A stretch of 64,000 bases of DNA from Anaerolineales bacterium. GTDB taxonomy: Bacteria; Chloroflexota; Anaerolineae; Anaerolineales; UBA6663. The stretch lies in NCBI GenBank assembly GCA_044226485.1, contig JBGAGY010000002.1, positions 336,176 through 400,175 of the forward strand, written 5' to 3'. Below the pieces are notes generated by a model that did no database searches, was not told the DNA's origin, and saw only the letters and a list, made by a program, of their open reading frames with translations. A program made the translations under genes and the position numbers. Shown one piece after another: positions 20,201 to 28,519 of the stretch (position 1 is its first letter; the number at the start of each line of letters is the position of its first letter).

Positions 20201-21225
20201 AGCGCGAGACCCTGACCTGGGAGAAAGAGCTGATCGGCCTGTACGTCAGCGATCACCCGCTGCAGACCGTCATCGAGCAGATCGGCCAGATCATCACGCA
20301 CAGCAGCGTTCAACTCGGCGAAGAGGAGCATGGCAAGCCCGTCGTGATGGTCGGCGTGATCTCGACCCTGCGCGCCCATACCACCAAGAAGGGCGACCCG
20401 ATGGGGTTCGTCTCGGCCGAGGATCTGACCGGACAGATCGAGCTCGTGATCTTCCCCAAGGTCTGGAAAGAGGTCAGCAAGTGGCTGGCGCTCGAGCAGA
20501 TCGTGGTCATCTACGGCAAGGCCGACACACAGGGCGGCGGCAATCCCAAGATCCTGGTCGACAATCTCCGGCAGGATTTCAAGATCGCAGCCGGCAGCAA
20601 ACCGGCAAGCGCGAGCAACGCTCCGAGCCCGGCTCAGGGCATCATGTGGGAGCCCGGCGCGTTCGCGCGGCCGACGCGCGACGAGGAACCGCCCGAGGAC
20701 TGGGCTCCGCCCACGCCCGATGACGACTGGATGACCGGGGGTGAAGAACCAGCCGCGCCCGTCGTGGCCACGGCACCCGCCCCGGTCGAGCGCGCTGTCG
20801 CTTCGCCGCCTCGGCCCGTGGCGACGAACGGCAACGGCCATCGCAACGGAAACGGGCATGGCAACGGACATGGCGCCGCGACGCCTGCTGCTCCATCCGA
20901 GCCCATTGTCGAGCCCGCGATCGAGCGGCCCGAGCCGGCGCCGCGCCCCTCGGTCGCCTCGATCCCGGCGCCCGATGTGGCCGGGCGCCGCGTGGTGATC
21001 ACGCTCACGAACTCGGGCGACAAAGATCGCGACCTGCGTCTGCTCAAACGCGTGCATGGCCTGTTGACGTCGTCGCCGGGACCTGACCGCTTCGAGTTCC
21101 AGATCCGCGAGGGCGCCAGACACTATCAACTGCGCTTCCCGAACCACACCACCGGCCTCAGTTCCGAACTGGCCGGCCAGTTGACGAACCTGCTCGGACC
21201 CGGCAGCGTCGACATTCAACGATAA
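17287..21225 (+). CDS. dnaE: DNA polymerase III alpha subunit
   Basis: FVHLHCHSEYSLLDG (PHP), RGSAAGS, FERFLNPGRISMPDIDLDF, YGFNKSHA, OB fold. Confidence 0.98.
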   Translation: MSFVHLHCHSEYSLLDGFSNIKKLVKRAKEMEMPAVALTDHGTMHGTIEFFSAATEAGVKPIIGLEAYLAPRRMQDRDSKIDLKPFHLLLLAENQTGYKNLLKIASAAQLEGFYGKPRVDRDYLAAHNEGIIATSGCLAADVPRALVEGNVDEARRRLDYYYEVFGPDRFFIELQAHDIPELTTLNRQLLDLAPRYQARYVATNDVHYVDAKDARLQDVLLAVQTGCTLADPKRMRMSDASYYLRSPDEMRRLFGDIPGAIDNTLLIAERTALDLKTKGYHLPKFPVPDGHTAESYLRELCEAGLRMRYGSRADAEEVRTRLNYELDVIEKMGFSAYFLIVWDLCRYATREGIWYNARGSAAGSMVAYVLEITLVEPLSHGLIFERFLNPGRISMPDIDLDFQDDLRGRMLDYCVRKYGDDKVAQIITYGTLGARAAIRDVGRVMDIPLPEVDRVAKTIPNIPGKPVTLAQALEEITEFKQIYQEARGEQAYLRELIDTAKEMEGVVRNVGTHAAGVVIGDKALIEYLPLHRPTGNVEETPIKSVTQFEMGVLEKLGMLKVDFLGLATLTIMQRACALIAERHGKDYSLANIPTDHPATYELMGKGQTAGVFQVEGTGMKRYLMQMKPQNLDNIIAMISLYRPGPLEFIPSYIKRMHGEEQVEYQHPSLEPIFKETYGIPVYQEQIMRAAVDLAGYSMSESDDLRKAIAKKNKEQLQKHSQKFIAGAVERGMPKDAAEKIFADWEEFARYGFNKSHAADYGVIAAQTAYLKAVYPAEYMTALLSVSKGETDKVAQYIDDCKSLGIRVLPPDLNKSGLDFTIEDGESEGAKSEERGAKRSNGRTSSLAPRSSSSAIRFGLAAIKNVGEGAVEILVKARKAGGPFATLDDLCQRVDLRQVGKRALECLIKVGALDSFGDRGQLVEGLDQIVNASAAHFKAAESGQMMLFGGAASAETAAFAHVQLPKAKVTVTKRETLTWEKELIGLYVSDHPLQTVIEQIGQIITHSSVQLGEEEHGKPVVMVGVISTLRAHTTKKGDPMGFVSAEDLTGQIELVIFPKVWKEVSKWLALEQIVVIYGKADTQGGGNPKILVDNLRQDFKIAAGSKPASASNAPSPAQGIMWEPGAFARPTRDEEPPEDWAPPTPDDDWMTGGEEPAAPVVATAPAPVERAVASPPRPVATNGNGHRNGNGHGNGHGAATPAAPSEPIVEPAIERPEPAPRPSVASIPAPDVAGRRVVITLTNSGDKDRDLRLLKRVHGLLTSSPGPDRFEFQIREGARHYQLRFPNHTTGLSSELAGQLTNLLGPGSVDIQR

Positions 21226-21233
21226 AGCAAGAT

Positions 21234-21307
21234 CGAACCGCGAAGACGCAAAGGGCGCGAGGTCTCTTGTGTACGAGACCTCGCGCCCTTCGCGTCTTCG
21301 CGGTTCG
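21234..21307. repeat. 33-bp-arm hairpin (nonamer-like periodicity) between convergent dnaE and intI; probable terminator function
   Basis: CGAACCGCGAAGACGCAAAGGGCGCGAGGTCTC-8 nt-reverse complement with one mismatch. Confidence 0.85.
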
Positions 21308-21320
21308 CGCCCTTCCCTCG

Positions 21321-22376
21321 CTACTCGTCAAGCGGGCTGCGAACGCCGCGTGGCCCACGATTGAGGACGTGCGTGTAGATCATGGTCGTCTTCACGTCTT
21401 TGTGGCCGAGCAGCTCCTGCACGGTGCGGATGTCGTAGCCGTTCTCGAGCAAGTGCGTGGCAAAGGAATGCCGCAGCGTGTGACAGCCGACGCGCTTCTC
21501 GATGCCGGCCTTCTGCGCCGCGGACTTGACCGCTCGCTGCAGCAGCGTTTCGTCGTAGTGGTGCCTGCGAAGTTTGCCTGTGCGCGGATCGGGCGCGATG
21601 CGCTTGGCCGGGAACAGGTATTGCCAGATCCACTCGCGACCCGCGTTCGGGTGCTTGCGCTCCAGGGCGAAGGGCAGATAGACGTCGCCCAGCCCCAAGG
21701 CCAGATCCTGCGCGTGCAAGACCTTGACGTCGCTGAGATGCTCGCGCAGCGGCTCGATCAGACCCGTTGGCAGCATCGTAAGCCGATCCTTCATGCCCTT
21801 GCCGTCGCGCACGATGATCTGCCGCTGGGCGAAGTCGATGTCCTTCACGCGTAGCCGCAGGCATTCGAGCAGGCGCAAGCCGCTGCCATACAGGATCTGG
21901 GCCATCAGGTGCTGCACACCGTGCAGTTGCTCCATCAGGGCCCGCACCTCTGCTCGCGTCAGCACTGTCGGCAGGCGTTCCGGCGCCTTAGCGCGGATCG
22001 GCTGGATCTCGCCTTCAAGATCCTGATACAAGACATGTCGATAGAGAAAGACCAGGGCGTTGAGCGCCTGGTTCTGAGTCGAGGCTGCGACGTTCCCGCT
22101 CACGGCGAGGTGTGACAGAAACGCATTGATCTCTGGGACGCCAAGTTCGCTCGGATGACGTTTTCCATTGAACAGGATGAAGCGTCGGGTCCAGTCGCAG
22201 TATGAGTCTTCGGTGCGGATCGAATAGTGGCGCGTGCGGGTCGCAGCGCGGACCCGATCGAGCAGGCGGATCGGGGGCGAACTTTCGGCCCCGGGGCCAG
22301 GTTCCTCACGTAGAGGCCGCCAGGCGCGATGGGCATTGGCATCAGGCCAGGATAACCCTGTTGAGACGCCCTCCAT
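21321..22376 (-). CDS. intI: Integron integrase (tyrosine recombinase)
   Basis: [38 protein letters not shown], integron-specific insertion [46 protein letters not shown]; GGGAGGA RBS. Confidence 0.97.
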   Translation of the reverse strand: MEGVSTGLSWPDANAHRAWRPLREEPGPGAESSPPIRLLDRVRAATRTRHYSIRTEDSYCDWTRRFILFNGKRHPSELGVPEINAFLSHLAVSGNVAASTQNQALNALVFLYRHVLYQDLEGEIQPIRAKAPERLPTVLTRAEVRALMEQLHGVQHLMAQILYGSGLRLLECLRLRVKDIDFAQRQIIVRDGKGMKDRLTMLPTGLIEPLREHLSDVKVLHAQDLALGLGDVYLPFALERKHPNAGREWIWQYLFPAKRIAPDPRTGKLRRHHYDETLLQRAVKSAAQKAGIEKRVGCHTLRHSFATHLLENGYDIRTVQELLGHKDVKTTMIYTHVLNRGPRGVRSPLDE

Positions 22377-22429
22377 ATTGTCCTCCCGTCAAAAATAACA
22401 GAAGTGCGTTTGTGATGGGGGTCTATCTG

Positions 22430-22460
22430 AGTATAGCACATATGTTCTTTGCGTTGAAAA
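22430..22460 (-). promoter_or_regulatory. Candidate intI promoter with LexA-like box
   Basis: Minus strand TTCAAC-17 nt-TATACT; AGCACATATGTTCT (22435-22448) is one mismatch from AGAAC-N4-GTTCT. Confidence 0.65.
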
Positions 22461-22464
22461 GCTG

Positions 22465-22491
22465 TGAGTTTGTTGTCGATCTGAGTTATGC
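22465..22491 (+). mobile_element. Candidate attI site
   Basis: GTTATGC core at 22485-22491 at the end of the AT-richer region upstream of intI; TGAGTT repeated at 22465 and 22482. Confidence 0.5.
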
Positions 22492-22569
22492 TGGCTCCAG
22501 AGTCCTCCATTCGAAGCATATCCGGCCGATCACAGAAGGGGCGTAATCCCTGGTGAGTTTGGAGACGCT

Positions 22570-24366
22570 GTGAACGTGTTGAACGACGAGTGGGTGCCGG
22601 ATAAATCTCCTGGAAACGGCGCGAGTGATCGGGCCAGATCTGTCGATGCCGCATGGAGCACGACGGACCCGATGTCGCCCGAACTTGACGCCGTCCTGCG
22701 TGAGATCACCGACCCGGGCGCTAGGGTGGATCACCTCAACGACCTTGCCTGGGAGGGCCGCCTCGACGACAGCCAACGTTCGGCGCGCCTGGCCAGGGTG
22801 GCGTACGAATGGTCGATGTCAGGCGACTTTGAAGCGACGCCGTATAACCTGGGCATCGCGTCAAGCCTGCGCACTCAGGCCTTTCTTCATAACGACGTCG
22901 GCAACTACACAGAAGCGCTGACCGCTTCGCTGAGGAGCCTCGACCTCCTTGGAGACACGGCCAACATCCAGCCAGAGAACGGGCCGATCGTCATCGATGT
23001 CCTCGGCAACATCAGCTGGACCCATCGTTGCTACGGCGACTATGCGGTGGCCGCTGAATATGGCATGAAGGCCCTGGGCCTGGCCGAAGAGCGCGGTGAT
23101 CGATTGCGCCAGGCCAGGTTGTTGAACATCCTCGGCAACATCTATGCCGATTCGAATGACCTCGAGGCCGCGTTGCAGATGGGTGAACGTGCCCTCCGGC
23201 TGTACCGAGACCTCGACCTGCGAGATGGCGAGAGCGTCGCGTTGAACAACCTGGCCCTGACGTATCTCGAGTTGGGCCACAGCGAAAAAGCTCTCGACGC
23301 CTGTCGCGAGAGCCTGCGCATCGCGCAGGAAGGCGGTTTCGCGTCTGTCCATCTGACCGCCTTGAGCACGCTGGGTGAGCTCTATCTGGGCATCAAGGAC
23401 TTCGGGCAGGCAGAGGCCTGCCTGAACCTGGCCCTCTCGTTGTCGCGCGAACGCGGGGCTCGCTACGATGAGTTCCTGAACCTTTTGAATCTGGGCAAGG
23501 TCGCGCTTGGCCGGCAAGACGCCGCTCGTGCCACCCTCCAATTCGAGGAGGCCCTGGCGCTGGCTCAGAGCTTGAACCATCGTGTCGGGCAATTCCAATG
23601 CCACGAATTCCTCGCCGATCTGCACGAGCATGACGGCAGACTCGCAGACGCCCTGAATAGCTACAAGGCCTTTCATACGCTCAAGGAGACCGTCTTCAAT
23701 GAGAACGCCAACAAGCGTCTCGCCGGTCTGCGCGTCATTCATCAAGTGGAAACGGCGCGACGTGACAGTGAGATCAGCTATCTGCGCACGATCGAATTGA
23801 AGAAAGAGATCGAAGAGCGCAAGGCCGCGCAGACAGCCCTTGAGAAACTGGCGAGCCTCGATCCGCTCACCGGGCTGTTGAATCGGCGCCAGATCCATCA
23901 TCTCGGCGAACTCGAAGTGCAACGATCCGGCTCGAACAGACAGTCGCTCACCGTGATCCTGTTCGATATCGATTTCTTCAAGACCGTCAACGACACCTAC
24001 GGCCACGCGGTTGGCGATGCCGCGCTCGTGCACATCGCCCAGGTCGTTCGACAGAGTCTGCGCGAGGGCGAGTTGATCGGCCGATACGGCGGCGACGAGT
24101 TCGTGATCCTCCTGCCGGGCAGCAACTGCGATAAGGGGCGCCAGATCGCCGAGCGCCTGCGCGCCAACCTCGCCCGTCAGCCGCTCAATCACCCGAAGGG
24201 GAAAGTCGCGTTGACGCTGAGCCTGGGTATCGCCGAGTTCGTCGATGGAGCTGTGGCGAGCCTTGACGACCTCCTGGTCCACGCCGATCAGGCGTTGTAT
24301 GCCGCCAAACTAGCCGGGCGCGATCGGCTTGTGGCGCATTCGGAGCTGGCGCCCAGGCGGCCATGA
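22570..24366 (+). CDS. TPR-repeat diguanylate cyclase
   Basis: TPRs, coiled coil, DPLTGLLNRR, DIDFFKTVNDTYGHAVGD, intact GGDEF; exact start uncertain. Confidence 0.92.
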   Translation: MNVLNDEWVPDKSPGNGASDRARSVDAAWSTTDPMSPELDAVLREITDPGARVDHLNDLAWEGRLDDSQRSARLARVAYEWSMSGDFEATPYNLGIASSLRTQAFLHNDVGNYTEALTASLRSLDLLGDTANIQPENGPIVIDVLGNISWTHRCYGDYAVAAEYGMKALGLAEERGDRLRQARLLNILGNIYADSNDLEAALQMGERALRLYRDLDLRDGESVALNNLALTYLELGHSEKALDACRESLRIAQEGGFASVHLTALSTLGELYLGIKDFGQAEACLNLALSLSRERGARYDEFLNLLNLGKVALGRQDAARATLQFEEALALAQSLNHRVGQFQCHEFLADLHEHDGRLADALNSYKAFHTLKETVFNENANKRLAGLRVIHQVETARRDSEISYLRTIELKKEIEERKAAQTALEKLASLDPLTGLLNRRQIHHLGELEVQRSGSNRQSLTVILFDIDFFKTVNDTYGHAVGDAALVHIAQVVRQSLREGELIGRYGGDEFVILLPGSNCDKGRQIAERLRANLARQPLNHPKGKVALTLSLGIAEFVDGAVASLDDLLVHADQALYAAKLAGRDRLVAHSELAPRRP

Positions 24367-24631
24367 TCGCACCGAGCGAGCCATCGATTCGCCGGGCTTG
24401 TTTCGCTCCTGGCCCATCTGTTAACATTGGATCCAGGCCTTGACGCCTATCCTCAAAGGTTTCCACCCAACACGAGCCTGGCGGAAGCGGATCAGTGCCC
24501 GCGCGGTCGTTGCCTCGCAGGGCAGCCCAACTGCGCCGGTGGCGTGTCAGACGAGCTGGGGCCCACTGGGGGTGCTTGTTGCCGAGGTTTCAGATCGGCG
24601 GGCTTTCACAAGCGAGTGGCTTGCAGAGCAC

Positions 24632-24736
24632 GCGCGAAGATAAGCGCATCGCGCGGCCGACCAGACGGCGGGCATCGCCCGCGACGTAGTGTTCAAGAAG
24701 GTGCGCCCGGCGTGGCCGGCTCCGCACTGTTCGGGC
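24632..24736 (+). mobile_element. Possible degenerate attC site
   Basis: Imperfect hairpin, left part AAGCGCATC..GCCGAC, ends GTTCGGGC (24729-24736) 25 nt before an RBS-led ATG; no intact RYYYAAC. Confidence 0.3.
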
Positions 24737-24761
24737 CAGATCCGAGAAGATCAAGGAGCCC

Positions 24762-25733
24762 ATGCCTGATGCTGCGTTTTCCTTGCTGGATTACCTCGAT
24801 ACGGCCGTGCCAGACCAGGTCTGCAACTGGCGCGGCTGGCGAATCGCGCCGGTGGCCGGGGGCGCCAACAACCGCGTCTACCGCGTCACGCGGGGCGCCA
24901 GCGACTACGCAGTCAAGTACTCGATCCACGATGAACGCAATCGATCGGGCCGAGAGTACGCGGCCCTGACCGCGCTTCAGGAAGCCGGCCTGCACATCGC
25001 GCCGCAGCCGATCTGGCTCGATCGCGAAAATCACCGCCTGCCCGTCGTCGTGCAGACCTGGATGGATGGCGAACCGCTCGCCGGGCCGCCCGCCACCGAT
25101 GCCGATTGGGAAGCGCTCCTCGATCATTACCGCGCCATCCACAGTGTCACGCCTGAAGCGGTGCTCGCCTCTGTGCCTGACGCCGTGTTGAACGCCTCGT
25201 GCGCCGAGTCCGGCAAGGCCATCGTCCATCAACACCTCGCTCGCCTGCCCGAAGACGTGCGACCCGACACGTTGCGCTCGGTGCTGGCCCGTTTCGACGC
25301 CTGGCAGCCGCCGACCTGGGATCCGCCGGCCCGCACGCTATGCCGCGTGGATCCGAACTGGCGCAACTTCATCCGGCGCCCGGGCGCGTGGGGCTCCGTC
25401 GATTGGGAGAACAGCGGTTGGGGTGACCCGGCTTTCGAGATCGCCGATCTGATGACGCACCCCGCCTACGACAGCGTGCCGGTCGCGCGCTGGCGCGAGG
25501 TGATCGAAGCCTACGATCGGCGGCGCGCGGACCCGACGTTCGGCCTGCGTGTGCAGACCTACGTCACCATCCTGCGAGTGTGGTGGGTCGTGCGCAGCGC
25601 CCGTTATCTATACGAGGTGCCGCGCGGTCTCGACCCGCGCCTGGTGACGCGCTCGTACCAATGGCGCCCGGAGACCGAACGCCACTACGCCCGGCATGTG
25701 GCGTTGGCCGAGACGCGTCTGTCGGCGCTGTAG
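24762..25733 (+). CDS. Aminoglycoside phosphotransferase/choline kinase-like fold protein
   Basis: GGANNRVYRV, AVK, REY, CRVDPNWRNF (Brenner-like), VDWENSGWGDPAFEIA; AAGGAG RBS. Confidence 0.85.
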   Translation: MPDAAFSLLDYLDTAVPDQVCNWRGWRIAPVAGGANNRVYRVTRGASDYAVKYSIHDERNRSGREYAALTALQEAGLHIAPQPIWLDRENHRLPVVVQTWMDGEPLAGPPATDADWEALLDHYRAIHSVTPEAVLASVPDAVLNASCAESGKAIVHQHLARLPEDVRPDTLRSVLARFDAWQPPTWDPPARTLCRVDPNWRNFIRRPGAWGSVDWENSGWGDPAFEIADLMTHPAYDSVPVARWREVIEAYDRRRADPTFGLRVQTYVTILRVWWVVRSARYLYEVPRGLDPRLVTRSYQWRPETERHYARHVALAETRLSAL

Positions 25734-25744
25734 CCGGGCGATCG

Positions 25745-26614
25745 TCAGTTGCGTTCAGCGTAGACCGAACGTTCGAGCCCCGATACGCGGAGCGCGCGGC
25801 CGAGGGGCGAGATGTAACGCTGGGTGAACGCCTCGGGGCCCATCTGCTCCACTTCATTCCAGCCGAACTCCGCCAGGAAGGGCGCCACCTGCTCGGGGCC
25901 GAGACCGAACCGCCAGAGACGCTGTTTCACTCTAAAGCCCTGATACAGGTTTTCGGCGCCGTAGCGGTTCGTGCCATCCATGAAATCCTGTCGCACGAAC
26001 GTGAACACCAACCCGCTCCCGGGTGCGGCCTTCTGCATGAAGCCCAGCGTGGCGCGAACCGCCTCGATCTCGAGATACTGAGTGACGGCCTCCCATACGA
26101 AGAAGACACGGCGCTCGGGCTGAAACCCAGCGGCCCGCAGCTCGGCCTCCACAGACTGGCGCTCGAAGTCCACCCTGACCAGGTGCAACGAGTCGGGCAC
26201 ACGGCCCAAAGCCGCTCGCAGGCGAGCCTCCTTCGCCGCGATGTTCTCCGGCAGATCGACCTCGAACACGGGCACGGCGCTGTGCTCGGCCACCCGGGCG
26301 CCCATCGTGTCGAGGCCGGCGCCGAGGATCACGACGGCGTCTGTGGCGGGCAGCGCCTGGGCCAGCCGGTCGGCGATGTAGCGCTTGCGACACAGGACGC
26401 TGCCGGTGATGCCGGGCGCCGACATCTCGGAGAGCCCGATCAACGACTCGCGGACCGGGCGCCAGCGCGCCAGATTGACGAAGGCGCGCCCGCTCCCGGT
26501 CAACATCTGCGCGGCCAGCGGGTCGTCAAGGAGACGCTTCTCCGCGGGCAGATACTGTTCGGTCGCGACGATCACCATGGGGCCAAGAGCGGTTCCGGCA
26601 GCCGGGTTTGTCAT
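25745..26614 (-). CDS. SAM-dependent methyltransferase (leucine carboxyl methyltransferase-like family)
   Basis: DDPLA, VVILGAGLDT, FEVDLP, WEAVTQYL. Confidence 0.88.
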   Translation of the reverse strand: MTNPAAGTALGPMVIVATEQYLPAEKRLLDDPLAAQMLTGSGRAFVNLARWRPVRESLIGLSEMSAPGITGSVLCRKRYIADRLAQALPATDAVVILGAGLDTMGARVAEHSAVPVFEVDLPENIAAKEARLRAALGRVPDSLHLVRVDFERQSVEAELRAAGFQPERRVFFVWEAVTQYLEIEAVRATLGFMQKAAPGSGLVFTFVRQDFMDGTNRYGAENLYQGFRVKQRLWRFGLGPEQVAPFLAEFGWNEVEQMGPEAFTQRYISPLGRALRVSGLERSVYAERN

Positions 26615-27087
26615 GAGCTTTTCTTTCGGTTGTTGGGCGGTGATGCCTTAGCGAACACTTCCGCCATCCACGCGAACGTCTGATCGGCTTCGCGGATGCG
26701 CTGCGCACGCTCGCGATCGGAGCCAACCAGCGCCAGGCCGGTGCGCGTGATGTCGCGAAAGGCCGCCAGGGACGCGATCTGGCGCTGCACAAGCGTGTCC
26801 CAGGCGCCTTCGACGATTCGGTAGTAAGCCGTCCGCCCGCCAGGGCGGCTGAGGCGGCTGACCAGGCCCATGGTCGTCAGCATCTGCAGGTTCGTCGTCA
26901 GCGAGGCGCGGCTGGCCCGAATGGCGTTGGCGATCTCCTCGGCCGATTGCTCAGCCGGATCGCAGATCATGAGCCAGCCGACGATCCGCCCGGCAATCGG
27001 GGAAACCCCGTCGCGTGCGAGATACATCGAGATGCGTTCGACCCATTCGAGGAGTTGGGTGTTCGTTGGCGATTGACGTGGAGGCAT
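26611..27087 (-). CDS. GbsR/MarR family transcriptional regulator
   Basis: GRIVGWLMICDPAEQSAEEIA...SRASLTTNL winged-helix pattern. Confidence 0.85.
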   Translation of the reverse strand: MPPRQSPTNTQLLEWVERISMYLARDGVSPIAGRIVGWLMICDPAEQSAEEIANAIRASRASLTTNLQMLTTMGLVSRLSRPGGRTAYYRIVEGAWDTLVQRQIASLAAFRDITRTGLALVGSDRERAQRIREADQTFAWMAEVFAKASPPNNRKKSS

Positions 27088-27099
27088 GATGTCTTCTCG

Positions 27100-27117
27100 T
27101 TTCAGTATACACTGAAA
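27100..27117. promoter_or_regulatory. Candidate operator of the GbsR/MarR regulator
   Basis: TTTCAGT-atac-ACTGAAA palindrome 12 nt upstream of the regulator start, with an extra ACTGAA half-site at 27120-27125. Confidence 0.6.
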
Positions 27118-27179
27118 TGACTGAATTGGAGTCTTTCAGCACAGCTGCAGGGCGCGAGCGGGACGGGTATGATGGTGAG

Positions 27180-28448
27180 GTGTCTGCTCAAAGCGGGCCG
27201 AAGGTCCGCAACTCCGACATCAAGATCCTGTTGCCCGAAGGCTCGAGCCTGTCGGCGCGTGAGGCCGTGGCGGCTCTCGGCCCGCTTGGCTACGTCATCG
27301 ACGTGTGCGACCCCGATCCGCTGTGTGTGGCGCGCCTGTCGCGGTATGTGCGTCGCTTTCATCGCTGCCCGCCGCTTGGGCGCGATCCGGACGCCTATCT
27401 GACGCGGCTGCTGCAGGTGCTCGACGGCAATCGCTACGACGTGTTGCTGCCGGTTCACGAGCAGGCCTATCTCCTGGCGCGAGCGGCAGAAACGCTCCGG
27501 CTGCGAACGCGCCTGGCCGTCGCAGCTTTCGAGTCGATCGAACGCCTGCAGAGCAAGCTGGCCTTTCACGAACTCCTGCTCGAACTCGATCTGCCGCAGC
27601 CGCCGACCGTCGTCGTGCCGGGTGTCGAGGAATTGGCCGGGTGGTCGGCCTTTCCGCGTTTCATCAAAACCGCTTACGGCACCGCCGGGTCGGGAACCTG
27701 GCGAATCGCGAACGCCGCTGACCGCGACCGATTGGTCGCCGTGTTGTCGGGGCGTGCGCCTGAGCCGCTGCTCGTGCAGACGCCGGCGCCCGGTCATCTC
27801 GAGGTCGCGCAGGCGGTCTTCGATCGCGGGCGACTGATGGCCCAGCATGTCTATCGACAGACGATCGTCGGAGTGGGAGGTAGCGCGAGCGGGCGGGTCG
27901 GCGTAGACCGCCCGGTGGTGCGCGCTCACCTCGAACGGCTCGGCCGATGCCTCAATTGGCATGGGCCACTCATGATCGACTACCTGTTCGATCCCGAGAC
28001 GGGTCGGTTGGCCTACATCGACCCGAATCCGCGGATGGGCGAGACGATGAACGCCACCTACAGCGGAACGAATCTCGCCCAGTCTCTTGTGCAGGTGTCG
28101 CTGGGCCAGACGGTGGTTGAGGCTCCCCAGCCGCGCGCGGGGGTTCGCAGCCACATCCTGCTCGCCACCCTCCTTGGCGTGGCGGAGCGCGGCGGCGGCC
28201 GGCGCACGTTGGCCCGGACGGTGGCTGACGCGCTCGCGAACCGCGACGTGTTCGCGTCAAGTCGCGAGGAATGCGCGCTTTGGGGCGCTGACCCGCTCAG
28301 TTGCCTGCCGCTGCTGGTCGTGCTGGCTCGATTGTTCGGATCCCCGGCGCGTGCCAGAGACATCGCGGCGAAGGCTGTCGAAGGCTATGCGTTGAGCGCC
28401 AGTGCGGCGGAACGGATTCGCGATCCACGATTTGGCCAGGCCGGCTAG
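27180..28448 (+). CDS. ATP-grasp domain protein
   Basis: SRYVRRFH, DVLLPVHE, FPRFIKTAYGTAGSG, IDPNPR; GTG 27180 lies 6 nt after TATGAT. Confidence 0.8.
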   Translation: MSAQSGPKVRNSDIKILLPEGSSLSAREAVAALGPLGYVIDVCDPDPLCVARLSRYVRRFHRCPPLGRDPDAYLTRLLQVLDGNRYDVLLPVHEQAYLLARAAETLRLRTRLAVAAFESIERLQSKLAFHELLLELDLPQPPTVVVPGVEELAGWSAFPRFIKTAYGTAGSGTWRIANAADRDRLVAVLSGRAPEPLLVQTPAPGHLEVAQAVFDRGRLMAQHVYRQTIVGVGGSASGRVGVDRPVVRAHLERLGRCLNWHGPLMIDYLFDPETGRLAYIDPNPRMGETMNATYSGTNLAQSLVQVSLGQTVVEAPQPRAGVRSHILLATLLGVAERGGGRRTLARTVADALANRDVFASSREECALWGADPLSCLPLLVVLARLFGSPARARDIAAKAVEGYALSASAAERIRDPRFGQAG

Positions 28449-28519
28449 GCTCGAGCGCCGAAACGCCGTTGGGCTAAAATCCAGCCACCAATCCACAACC
28501 CCCTGGGGAGGCACACAAT

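Noticed and set aside
17287-21225. Intein in DnaE
   Set aside because: The extra segments are short or low-complexity and lack the Cys/Ser start and His-Asn end of inteins
24762-25733. Bona fide aminoglycoside resistance gene
   Set aside because: Only the general kinase fold is supported; the catalytic motif is atypical (CRVDPNWRN) and the substrate cannot be inferred
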